Source: Octopus sinensis (lineage: Eukaryota). Taken from it: a stretch of DNA of 22,333 nt. Below the pieces are notes generated by a model. The model did no database searches. It worked only from the letters and a program-made list of their open reading frames with translations, and was not told the origin of the DNA. The stretch is taken from NCBI RefSeq assembly GCF_006345805.1, contig NW_021836687.1, positions 1 through 22,333 of the forward strand, given 5' to 3'. Both the position numbers and the translations under genes were made by a program. The stretch's first letter is position 1. The number at the start of each line of letters is the position of its first letter. Of this stretch, positions 1-10,645 are shown piece after piece.

Positions 1-1120
1 ACCAAATAGAGAAACGAAATAACTTAAACTTCAGCAACAATGTGAAGAAGGAATTCACCCAGAAGAACTCTGGAAGAAATCTTTTTTAAAATAGTAGGAG
101 AAAAATATTAGCAAAGAAACGATTGAAGTGGATAACAAACAAAACATTATATAAAATTGAAGAAGAAAAAAGATGTGTAAAACCCAGTCGTAGAACATCT
201 TATGAATTTAAACAAAAAAAAAAGAATGCTATCGAGAACCAAGACATGAAATTCAAACTATGATAAAAAAAAAAAGAAAGATTTTGAAAACCAGGGAAAC
301 ATTATGAAAATTTGTGGTGAAATTGAAAAAATTCAATAACAAACAATGGTGGAGATAGACTTTTTTTTTTTTCTGGAAAGCAGTGAATATAATAACAAGA
401 AAACTTGTACCAAGAAACGATGTTATCAAAGACAAAGATGGTAATATGTTTTATGGAGTGAAAGATGGGAAGAATTCAGCGAGATTCTGGAGAAGAAGAC
501 AAGAGATATTAATCAAAGAGAAAAAAAATAATGAAAATGATCAAAGTGAAAATTGTGTTGGAGAAAGCGAACATCCACTACTAATGTCTGAAGTGCAAAA
601 AGAAAAATGGAAATAAAATCTGCAAAAAAAAAAATCATACTAAGTCCTGAAACAGATAACATGGAAGCAAAACTTTTGGGAGAGAAAAAAAAATGAAGCG
701 TCGGTAAGATTCTTACACAGTCTGAGAACAAAACTATGGAACCGAAATTTATGGATGCGCAATTGAATTAAATCAATTGTCATCCAGACAGATTCCAAAA
801 GAACAGAGATTCCATACATTGTCAAACCCACAGAACGATGCACCGATAATTCATGCTAGCAAAATCCTAAAATTCTAACCTTGCTGATAGAATTGAAGTC
901 AAATGTGAAATTAAAATAACAGTGGAATCCGTTGATTTTGGAACTAGAAAAGAGGGGGTTTCTAAAATGAGCCTCAAGATAGTTTAATCAGGAATACAGA
1001 AAGCTCCATAAAGAATTTACCGTTTCATTTACTGACTACCGAACAAGTTTTGAAGCAGACATTTCTGGCAAATTTTTATCAGTGATGCAAGAATGGAGTT
1101 TCTTTAACATTTTATAGAAC
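1..1120 (+). mobile_element. Decayed RTE-clade LINE ORF fragment (linker plus N-terminal part of RT), multiple stops and frameshifts, 5' end outside the window
   Basis: Manual translation gives RTE-type motifs across frames: VNIITRKLVPRNDVIKDKDGN, RWEEFSEIL (cf. RWKEY), KSIVI..IPK, HASKIL (852-869) and FTDYRTSFE (from 1028; cf. FIDYxKAFD). Confidence 0.8.
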
Positions 1121-1133
1121 TATCGGTGAGGTA

Positions 1134-1233
1134 GGGGCATGGCCTTGTGGTTAAGGTATGGCACGGGAGATCGTGGTTTCAATTTTTAGACTTCCTGGTG
1201 CGTTGCGTTCTTGTGCAAAACACTTCATTTCAC
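1134..1233 (+). mobile_element. Old, degenerate tRNA-derived SINE head with CORE-like segment
   Basis: A-box-like TGGCCTTGTGG (1140-1150), B-box-like GGTTTCAATT, then TTCTTGTGCAAAACACTT resembling the CCTTGGGCAAGTGTCTT core of the younger SINEs in this window. Confidence 0.4.
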
Positions 1234-1698
1234 TTCGACACTTAATAACCGTCCAAGGGATAAGTATATCCGTTTTTACTACCGGTATAAATTACCTATC
1301 TTAACCCTGGTCATACATATACAAGTATATTATGCTCATAGGATACAGTCAATGACAAAATAAACAAGAGTTTATCAGGAATTGAATTTAAATGAAGCAG
1401 AAAATGGAGAAAATTCTTGATCAACATACAAATTGACTACCATCGATTATTATTTTTTAGTACAAAACTTTATCACTTCTAACAACCGTTTCTGCTTCCA
1501 GTGTCCCTCAGCGCTGCCACAGAAAATGCTGAGAATAATATTCGCCATATTTTATAACACATCCGGTCTGGTACATGGAGCTTTATCAGAATCAAGAAAA
1601 ATACATAAAATAAAATAAAGAGGACAAAAAAGGGCTTTCAGATGAGGGAGGAAGTCTTAATATATTTGAATGATAGCATTTTGCAGTGTAACGCTTAC

Positions 1699-1746
1699 AG
1701 TCGTCGAGCAAATGACTAAACTAGTTTAGTCATTTGCTCGACGACT
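1699..1746. repeat. Perfect 48-bp palindrome with no spacer
   Basis: AGTCGTCGAGCAAATGACTAAACTAGTTTAGTCATTTGCTCGACGACT equals its own reverse complement; centre CT|AG at 1722/1723. Confidence 0.97.
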
Positions 1747-1934
1747 TTAATAGTTATTTGATAAAAAATATCTATTAAAATCGAACTGATCTCTTAAAGA
1801 GCTGCACTAAGAATAAGGAGAAGGTAAAATTACTACCTGATTTTATTGCAAGCTGATACAGGTAGTTTATGCTCTTCTTCTCCAACTCTTAGTTCATGCA
1901 ATTGAAAGAAAATACCGCATTATTTAAGGGATGA

Positions 1935-1938
<4 letters not shown>

Positions 1939-1968
<30 letters not shown>
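1939..1968. repeat. (AT)n microsatellite
   Basis: Direct inspection. Confidence 0.95.
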
Positions 1969-1970
<2 letters not shown>

Positions 1971-2139
1971 CCACTGGTTTTAATTAATGAATATCAATTT
2001 CTACCCTTATTATTTAATTTTTATATATTCACTTGAGAGTGATGACTGGCTCTCTATACCTACGTGTGGTGTGCGCATGTCTATGTATATGTGTATAATA
2101 ACACTATATTTTTTCCCACACCTGGAAGATGCAGAAACA

Positions 2140-2182
2140 GGATGACGATGGTGATGAGGGTGATGATGATTACGACGACGAC

Positions 2183-2223
<41 letters not shown>

Positions 2224-2425
2224 GACGATGATGATGATGATGATGATGATGTGATTGAGTAGGAATGTAAATGCTGGTTATAGTGGTGACAGTGGTATCT
2301 CTGAAGGTGATGCTGAAGATGGCGGTTCCTCTGGCATTAACGATTATGACGATGATGATGATGATGATGAAAAGGAGGAGAAGGACGACGATGATGATGA
2401 CGTCTATGACAACGATGATGATAAT
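2140..2425. repeat. (GAT/GAC)n microsatellite-rich low-complexity tract
   Basis: Long GAT runs at about 2170-2250 and 2340-2425; source of the poly-Asp, poly-Ile and poly-His ORFs. Confidence 0.9.
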
Positions 2426-2426
2426 A

Positions 2427-3042
2427 CCTATTTCTTTACTGCCCACAAGGGGCTAAACACAGAGAGGACAAACAAGGACAGACAAAAAGGATTAAGTCGA
2501 TTATATCGACCCCAGTGCGTAACTGGTACTTAATTTATCGACCCCGAAAGGATGAAAGCCAAAGTAACGATGATGATGATGATACCGCCGATGACACTGA
2601 TAGTGACAGCGACGACGACGACGAAGATGACCACGGCGACTCCGGCGATAATAATTATTTCTTTATTACCCACAAGGGGCTAAACACAGAGGGGACAAAC
2701 AAGGACAGATATCGACCCCCAGTGCGTAACTGGTACTTAATTTATCGACCCCGAAAGGATGAAAGGCAAAGTCAACCTCGGCGGAATTTGAACTCAGAAC
2801 GTAACGGCAGACGAAATATCCTATTTCTTTATTACCCAACAAGGGGCTAAACATAGAGGGGACAACAAACAGGACAGACATAGGTATTAAGTCGATTACA
2901 TCGACCCCAATGCGTAACTGGTACTTAATTTATCGACCCCGAAAGGATGAAAGGCAAAGTCGACCTCGGCGGAATTTGAACTCAGAACGTAACGGCAGAC
3001 GAAATACGGCTACGCATTTCGCCCAGCGTGCTAACGTTTCTG
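2427..3042 (-). mobile_element. SINE array 1: three head-to-tail copies of a tRNA-derived SINE (about 2427-2565 partial, 2656-2819 5'-truncated, 2820-3042 nearly full length)
   Basis: Repeated unit CCTATTTCTTT..CCCACAAGGGGCTAAAC..GTCGATTATATCGACCCCAGTGCGTAACTGGTACTT..CGACCCCGAAAGGATGAAAGGCAAAGTCGACCTCGGCGGAATTTGAACTCAG. The minus strand has the B box GAGTTCAAATTCC; only the last copy reaches the A-box region. Confidence 0.9.
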
Positions 3043-3049
3043 AATGACA

Positions 3050-3073
3050 ACTGCCACCACGTCCACCGCCACC

Positions 3074-3129
<56 letters not shown>

Positions 3130-3133
3130 CAAC
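3050..3133. repeat. Compound (CTA)n(CCA)n(CAA)n microsatellite
   Basis: Direct inspection. Confidence 0.9.
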
Positions 3134-3384
3134 AGGAAATCTGTTGACAATGACAAGTTCGCGGTGCTGTTGAATCGCTGGTGATGATCGTCAGTCGGTC
3201 TGTCACCTTCCTCCTAAAACATTCACAATACAATATAATACGCTAGCAAGAATTTGTTGTCGAACCGAAATTGCTCTAATAATGATTTAGTCACGAAAAG
3301 ATGTCCAATTTCTTGGCACTTCTTGGATGGCTTTGAAATTTGGCACAGTTTTGTTTATCATCTCCTTCCTTACAACCAAACACT

Positions 3385-3795
3385 CCACTCTCTCTCTCTC
3401 TGTCTTTTTCATTCTACCCTCTCCTTCTCTCTCTTCTCTCTCTCTCTCACTCACTCAATTTATCTCTTTGGTTACGTATATGTGTGTGTGTGTGTATACT
3501 CGTATATATCTTTCCAATTTCTCCCTGTTATTCTTGTTTCTCAACCTCTTTTTCTCTCTTTCCTTCTTTCTATCTCTCTCTCCCTCTCTCTTTCACTCTT
3601 TCCTCCTCGCTCCGTGTTTCTTGCTCTCTTTTTCTTTTCTTCTTTCTCTCTCTTCTTCTTTCTCTCCATTCTCCTCTTCCTCTAGCTATTAATACCGTTT
3701 CCCGCATGTTCTCTCTTTCTCTCTCTCTTCTCTCTCTCTCTCTCCTCTATGTGTGTGTTATTCACTCACTTGCTGTCACTCTTTCTCTTATTCAA

Positions 3796-3832
<37 letters not shown>

Positions 3833-3960
3833 CTACCTATATATATATATGTATAGATCTTCCCCTTTCCCTTGCTCTCTCTCTCTCTCTCCCTCTCACC
3901 TTCTCTCCTTCATTCTCACTCTTCATTCACACATAATTCCTTCACACTAATCTGTCTTAT
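3385..3960. repeat. (CT)n/(TCTA)n pyrimidine-rich low-complexity tract
   Basis: Direct inspection; explains the overlapping Ser/Leu ORFs. Confidence 0.9.
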
Positions 3961-4069
3961 TGTCCTTGCGTTCCTTGTTATTCTTCTTATCATTCGTCTT
4001 CTTTGTTTATTGTTGCTTCTACTCGTGGCTGCAGCGCTGATAGCAGTTGTGGCGTTTGTGATGGTCGTC

Positions 4070-4580
4070 TTACTACTGCTGCTGCTGCTGCTGCCCCTAC
4101 CGCTGCTGCTGCTGCTGCTGCTGCGCTACTGGTGTTGTTTTTGTTTCAAAGCTACAATTTCCTGCTTTGGAAATAACAAACGACTAACTACCATCTTGTT
4201 TTTACATTCAACAAATTGTACATCGCAACCCACGGCACACATCACACACACACCCCACTATCACTACCATCGCCACCACTACAATTACCATCATCATCAT
4301 CGTCGTAGTTGTTACCGTTTCGAACTAGCACCGCCATTTCCATCATCACTAACGCCACCCTAACCACCATTACCATCATCAGTACCAACATCCCCTTTTT
4401 GCTCTATCCCATCATCATCATCAGCATCACCATCATCATTGCCAACATCATCCTCACATTCACTACCACCATCATCACCAACAACACAACCACCACAACT
4501 TTCCCAATCACCATCACTACCTCCGTCTTCTTCACCTTCGCCATCAACACTATTATCATCACTACACGCCAACATAATAA
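4070..4580. repeat. (CTG)n and (CAT/CAC)n trinucleotide low-complexity tract
   Basis: Direct inspection. Confidence 0.85.
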
Positions 4581-4586
4581 TCAATA

Positions 4587-5369
4587 CCTATTTCTTTACT
4601 ACCCAAAAGGGGCTAAACATAGAGGGTACAACAACAGGACAAACGAGTTGATTCGTTAGATCTACCCAGTGCATAACTGGTACTAGTTTTATCGACCCCG
4701 AAAGGATGAAATGCAAAGTCGACCTCGCGGAATCTGAACTCAGAACGTAACGGCAGCCGAAATATTATTTCCTATTTCTTTACTACCTACAAGGCTAAAC
4801 ACAGAGGTTACAAACAAGGACAGACAAACGATTAAGTCGATTACCGATCCCGTGCGTAACGGGTACTTATTTAATCGACCCCCAAAAGGATGAAAGGCGA
4901 GTCGACCTCGGCGGAATTTGATCTCAGAACGTAAGCGGCAGACGAATACCTATTTCTTTTTACTAGCCACAAGGGGATAAACACAAACAGAGGAACAAAC
5001 AAGGACAGACAAACGGATTAAGTCGATTATATCGACCCCGGGTGCGTAACTGGTACTTATTTAATCGACCCCGAAAAGGAAGAAAAGCAAAGTCGACCTC
5101 GGCGGAATTTGAACTCAAAACGTAACAGCAGAAGAAATACCTATTTCTCTACTACCCACAAGGGGCTAAACACAGAGAGGACAAACAAGGACAAACAAAC
5201 GGATTAAGTCTATTAGATCGACCCCAGTGCGTAACTGGTACTTAGTTTATCGACCTAAAATGGATGAAAGGCAAAGTCGACTTCGACGGAATTTGGACTC
5301 AGAAGGTAGCGGCAGACGAAATACGGCTACGCATTTCGCCCGGCGTGCTAACATTTCTGCCAGTTCGCC
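4587..5369 (-). mobile_element. SINE array 2: four head-to-tail copies of the same family (4587-4764, 4771-4948, 4949-5139 5'-truncated; 5140-5369 full length)
   Basis: Units of about 178-191 bp. The full-length copy reads GGCGAACTGGCAGAAATGTTAGCACGCCGGGCG on the minus strand (A box) and has the B-box variant GAGTCCAAATTCC. The truncated copies all begin at the same TATTTC site. Confidence 0.9.
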
Positions 5370-5583
5370 GACTTCATAACAGTCAATACCATCACACTCA
5401 CTCCAACACTACGACACTTGCTATCACTACTGTCACTACTATACTATTACCGCTGCTATTACCATTACCGTCGCTTGTACATAAGCATCGACTTTATCAT
5501 CACCGAAAATACCACCTGTGTAATGACAACCACTGCTCTTACCACCACCGCTAACAACTGATGCAACTCCAACAACGCCATCG

Positions 5584-5985
5584 CCACCACTGCACCACCA
5601 GTACCACAATTATTACCGCCACCAATACCACCACCACAATCACCACCTCACCACTTCCACCACCACAACCAAGCTCCCTTACTCTCAGCAATGCCGCCGC
5701 CAGTATTTAAAATACTACCACCACCACTGTACCACCAGTACCACAACTATTACCGTCACCTACACCACCACCACTTCCACTAACACTTCCACCACCACAA
5801 CCAAGCTCTCTTACTCTCAACAATGCCACCACCAATATTCCAAATACTACCACCACCACTGTACCACTAGTACCACAACTATTACCGTCACCTACACCAC
5901 CACCACTTCCACAACCACAACCAAGCTCTCTTACTCTCAACAATGCCACCACCTCTGTTTAAAATACTACCACCACCACTGTCAG
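5584..5985. repeat. CCA-rich minisatellite, about 3.2 units (periods 137, 132, 120 bp)
   Basis: CCACCACTG(C/T)ACCAC recurs at 5584, 5721 and 5853 (CCACCACTG again at 5973); CAACCAAGCTC(C/T)CTTACTCTCA(G/A)CAATGCC occurs three times. Confidence 0.9.
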
Positions 5986-6566
5986 CAAAACCAACTGTAG
6001 CGACAACGTCACTAAATACATCACCACCAACACCACTATATGCAACACCAACAACCCGCTATAGAGCACCGTCGTCACCACTAAACGCTAATACCAACAC
6101 CCCACCATATGCAATAACACCAACACCGATACAAAGAATAGCAACAACAACAACAACACTTCCACTATAACTACCAAACCAATCGTTGTCCCCTGTCGCC
6201 ACCATATTGACTAACCTGTTATAGTTTAAATCACTTTATGAAGCGATCTCTTTGTACTCTAACACTGAGTGACCGACTGCATCTCTCACTCCCGCCTTCG
6301 ACCTTTCACCCACCTGGTCTGAACTCTCTTCCTCTTTTCTCTGTTCTAATTCACTTCTCCTTCCTACCTCGTTCCCACCACTCTTAATCTTCCGCCTCCT
6401 TTTCCCGATGGACTTTAAATTAGCTTTCACAAAATTTGTCACTTTTAATCACCTCTACGACATTCTGCCTACCAATCCTTATTGCATCCGATATACAACA
6501 AAATGGTGGCGAAGCATCTACTCTGTCACGGCTGGTGGCTAACTCGATCGAGTGTCTCTCCGTCAA

Positions 6567-6734
6567 TGTGTGTGTGTGAGTGTATGTTTGTGTATGTGTG
6601 TGTGTGTGTGCGCGCGCGCTGTATGTGCTAGTGTGTGTACAAGTGTGTCTATGTACAAATATGGACAAACAGATATGTAGATATCAATACATACATATAA
6701 TATACATGTATGTATGTATTATATATTATAATAT

Positions 6735-6766
<32 letters not shown>

Positions 6767-7478
6767 GTGTGTGCTATGTATATATAAAATATGTCTATGC
6801 TTTGTATGTATGTATGTATATATATATATATATATATATTATAATATATGTATATATATATATATATATATATTATATAGGTATATATATATATCATACA
6901 TATGTATATAATAACATATATCCATATGTATGTTGTAATATATATATATATATATATTATATATGTACTCATATAGATGCATATATATATATATATTACG
7001 CGTAAATTATGTATATATATACATACATTTTCATATGTATACGTATGGATATAAATGTGTGTGTGTCTCTCTCTAAAAGAAACACATATAAGTATTGTAT
7101 ACACACACATACAAACACATATGCTTGTGTACATGTATGGGTAGATGTGTGTTTGTATGTCTATACTTATGTCCATCGACCGTTGAGGGCTTACGCCGCA
7201 CCGATGGCTTCTTTCCTTTCATCTTAACGCTTAAGTTTATGTATTTGTATGCGTCTGTATGCAGGTAGGAGTATTTATATCTTCATACGTATCTAGATAC
7301 ATATGTATATATGTATTTGTATATTTATCTATATATATATGTGTGTGTATGTGTGTGTGGGGTATGTTTATGTAGGTACGTGCGTATCTGTGTATAGAGA
7401 GAGACATCTGTCACTCACTTTCTCTCCCTCTCTTTCTTCTCTCTCTATATATATTTATCCCTAATATTATTATTATAT

Positions 7479-7535
<57 letters not shown>

Positions 7536-7727
7536 TATATTCAACTGAATCTCATTTATTTTGCTTATATATATATGTGTGTGTGTGTGTGCGTTTGTGC
7601 GCTGAGTATGTATATGTATATTTGTGTATGTGTGTATATATATATAATAAGCATATGCGTATGTGTGCTAGAGAGACACATCTCTCTCTCTAATATATAT
7701 ATATATAATATATGGCATAAATATAGC

Positions 7728-7774
<47 letters not shown>

Positions 7775-8259
7775 TGGTGTGTTGTATACAAATGCTTTAC
7801 ATACATATGCATAAATACACTCACACAAATACACACACACACATAAAAATACACACACACACAAACAGACGCAAACATATTTTCGAAATGCTGAACATAG
7901 GTGTTTGCGCGTAAAATTCAACATAAATATACTAATAGACGTATCTACGTATATCTATACGAATTCCAGAAGTGGTTTGTGTATATATGAGTGTGTGTGT
8001 GTGTGTGGCGTGTGTATCTGCGTTTGTACGTGCTTGTGCAACAGTATGCATTTATATATACGCGTGCGAGTGCGGTGTAGTTATATGTACATGTATGTAC
8101 ATATATACATATATATATTTGTGCGTGTATATATATATATATATATCTATAATACTAATATCAAGTATTAGTTTGTATGTAGACACCTGACTATCCACAT
8201 TTATGCTCCTATATTCAGTGTTATACATACGTACATTAATAAATACATGCATACAAATA

Positions 8260-8303
<44 letters not shown>

Positions 8304-8460
8304 ATATATATATACTTGTGTGTGTACATGTATTATGCATTTATTTATATTTACTTTTATATATTTACTTATATATGTGTGGGTGTGTTTGTGAGCGTGT
8401 TTGTGTATATATATATTATATGTGTGAATGTATGTGTGTGTCTATGTGCATGTATGTATA
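6567..8460. repeat. Large (GT)n/(AT)n/(CA)n microsatellite field
   Basis: Direct inspection; source of the YI/CV/HT-repeat ORFs. Confidence 0.95.
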
Positions 8461-8545
8461 AAGCCGTTCCCTCTCTGTCCTCGCTTCACTGTAAGGCCAA
8501 TAATTTGATTGCACAGCTATGTTGCAGTCTCTGACTATGTCTGCG

Positions 8546-8661
8546 TTTTCCGGTTTGTTCCGGTGTTTTCCGGTGTGTTTCGTAAATGTAGTTGAATTAA
8601 GCTTACACTATAACTTTGAAATCAAGCTACTACTGAGTGCTTAGCAATTACTTCACGTGAA
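8546..8661. promoter_or_regulatory. Possible cis-regulatory cluster: three ETS-core motifs at 10-bp spacing plus a palindromic E-box
   Basis: TTCCGGT at 8548, 8558 and 8568 (ACCGGAA on minus); TTCACGTGAA at 8652-8661. Motif match only. Confidence 0.3.
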
Positions 8662-8923
8662 CAACGCTTAAAACAAATGGTTTCTGGTTTTGATTAAATG
8701 CCAAATACCTCTCTAAACACTCCAGTCTTACTTGGCTTCCCCATTCACAATGTACAAACTGCGGCAGAAAAACCTCCCATGCTTTACACGGCCATTGCTA
8801 TAGTACTAGGGATGTTAGGCAGATGCTAATGGTGTCTACATGTAGCTAATCTCTTACCGTCTGTTGCAATGTTATAATAATGGCTTTTTTCAGATTATCT
8901 TGCATTTAGATTTTTAAAGTTTA

Positions 8924-9298
8924 CTAGCAGTATCGCCCGGCGTTGCTCGGGTTTGTTTCGAACCTTTAGAATTGGAATTTTTGAACAGTAAACATTTTGT
9001 ATTAGGTAGCTTGTTATTCTCTTTAAGTGAACATTTTTCTGGTTGAAATAGACCGAAAAATAGCGACACATCAGTCAAAAAATCGAGAAAAAAAAAGGGA
9101 TTTTCATAGAAAAAAAATACCTTTTTTGATGTAAATAAGTTTTGGTGTTAACATGGTCCGACTTGAATTTTGTCTTCTACGGAAGGAAGAACAACCCTTC
9201 TATCATACTCTCAATTTTGGTCAACTTGCACCGCAGGGTCTCGGAGGACATAGTGTTGAAATACACCGAAAATTGGCGACACTGCAGTAAAAAAATCG
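8924..9298 (-). mobile_element. Non-autonomous Helitron, intact 3' end, 5' end missing or replaced
   Basis: Minus strand ends CCCGAGCAACGCCGGG (hairpin)-CGATACTG-CTAG|T. Aligns by eye over about 340 bp (8924-9261) to the reverse complement of 21509-21911. 9254-9298 repeats the internal segment 9042-9085. Confidence 0.85.
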
Positions 9299-9299
9299 T

Positions 9300-9925
9300 A
9301 ATTATGAGCAGCAATGTGTCACAGCATTTGATAGTCTGATGGGGCGAATGATCATGTGATATATATAATATATGATATTGAATTTATTTACTGATACTCT
9401 TGTACATAGCATAATTGTGTTTGAATGCGATGATTTCTTTAGTATGCTTGTTCCCAAACAACGCTTAATTTAATGCTGTTGACACCCCCGGATTAAATGG
9501 TACTGCCCAGGTGTCGAAACCATAATGATATCCGTGGGGCAGCTGATGATGGAGGTATGTTGGATTGTTAGTATGGCTGTTTTTGTATGTGCGGAATAGT
9601 ATTATAGCACATCCTTTTGGTAGTCTGTTTTTCGGTCCCTGTTTTTGTATATATTCGATGTGTTTTTTTCCAAGGAATCTAATGCTCTTAGCTTAGTTTT
9701 TTCCTTGGGGCTGGCCAGATTGGAGCGATCTCAAGATTAATCAGCCGAAATTACGGGGATGATCCGGTTCTTGACTAAAGATAAAAGTCTTCGAATGACC
9801 CGTCCTTGTTTTTTTTTTTTTGTATCGTCTATCTGGATGTTTTGTTGTCCCTTTTTGTATCACCTAGTTGTCCGGATGTTTTGCGTTCTTGTCCCATTTT
9901 GTATTTTATTTTATATATATATCGA
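9300..9925. repeat. Unclassified repeat-like segment abutting the Helitron (possible cargo or separate element)
   Basis: Non-microsatellite sequence with internal direct repeats (GGATGTTTTG twice) and a CCAAGGAA/TTCCTTGG inverted repeat. No second copy in the window. Confidence 0.3.
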
Positions 9926-10288
9926 AAGAAGTGTGTTATGTTCACTAACAATCGAGAAGCCTCTGTAATGAATCACATTTTGTGTTTAAATACGAAATGA
10001 AATCAAAAAGTAATTTCAAAATACTTTACTAAGTATAAACTTGTCGCAATTATATTTAACCAAATGCTATTTTGATAATCGATAAAGCAGTTTAGGGCAA
10101 TAGAATAACATTTAGAATAAATTTGCATAAACCAACTATAATTATGCTCTGACTAATAACACAGCCACCATCCACCCCTCCATCAGTTCACCGCCGGCGC
10201 CACCATCTCTACCGAACGGGTTATGTCACACTGTAGTTTGTTGGAAATTCATATTTTCTAAGTTACCATATAAAATTATCATATTTAT

Positions 10289-10289
10289 G

Positions 10290-10346
<57 letters not shown>

Positions 10347-10357
10347 TAATAATAATA
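10289..10357. repeat. (AAT)n microsatellite
   Basis: Direct inspection. Confidence 0.95.
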
Positions 10358-10552
10358 TACTGTGCATGGTTGTTACATTCACTCGCCGAGACATACCCAG
10401 CGTCCCATGGCGAGTGAAAGATAAGAGATGCTACGCTATGACTGAAAGCTTGGCTGTAAGTGACTGGACACTAGTGAAATATCGTCATGTAGTACAACAC
10501 ATACAATTATTATCATCATCATCATCATATCATCATTATAATTATTACTAGC

Positions 10553-10562
10553 ATTATTATTA

Positions 10563-10645
<83 letters not shown>
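10553..10645. repeat. (ATT)n microsatellite
   Basis: Direct inspection; gives the poly-Leu start of ORF 10563-10952. Confidence 0.95.

Noticed and set aside
3030-3213. Minus-strand exon after TGTTTTAG encoding EEGDRPTDDHHQRFNSTANLSLSTDF plus poly-Leu/Val (GPI-tail-like)
   Set aside because: The hydrophobic tail is a (TTG)n(GTG)n(GTA)n microsatellite, two frames are open, and nothing links it to upstream exons.
2081-4659. Long ORFs rich in Asp, Ile, His, Leu or Ser/Leu
   Set aside because: They are translations of (GAT)n, (CT)n, (CTG)n and (CAT)n microsatellites and SINE copies; no domain content.
2427-5369. CRISPR-like or satellite interpretation of the repeated ~180-bp units
   Set aside because: There are no unique spacers, the units carry Pol III boxes, and dispersed relatives occur at 16951 and 20972, so they are SINE copies.
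6196-6512. 13/14-bp inverted repeat (TCGCCACCAT/ATGGTGGCGA) as MITE termini
   Set aside because: No target-site duplication, no second copy, and CCACCA motifs are abundant nearby.
6580-8534. Many 60-175 aa ORFs (YI/CV/HT repeats)
   Set aside because: Pure dinucleotide microsatellite translations.
9708-9755. GGCTG...CAGCC-GAAA resembling hammerhead stem II
   Set aside because: No CUGANGA core upstream and no stem I.
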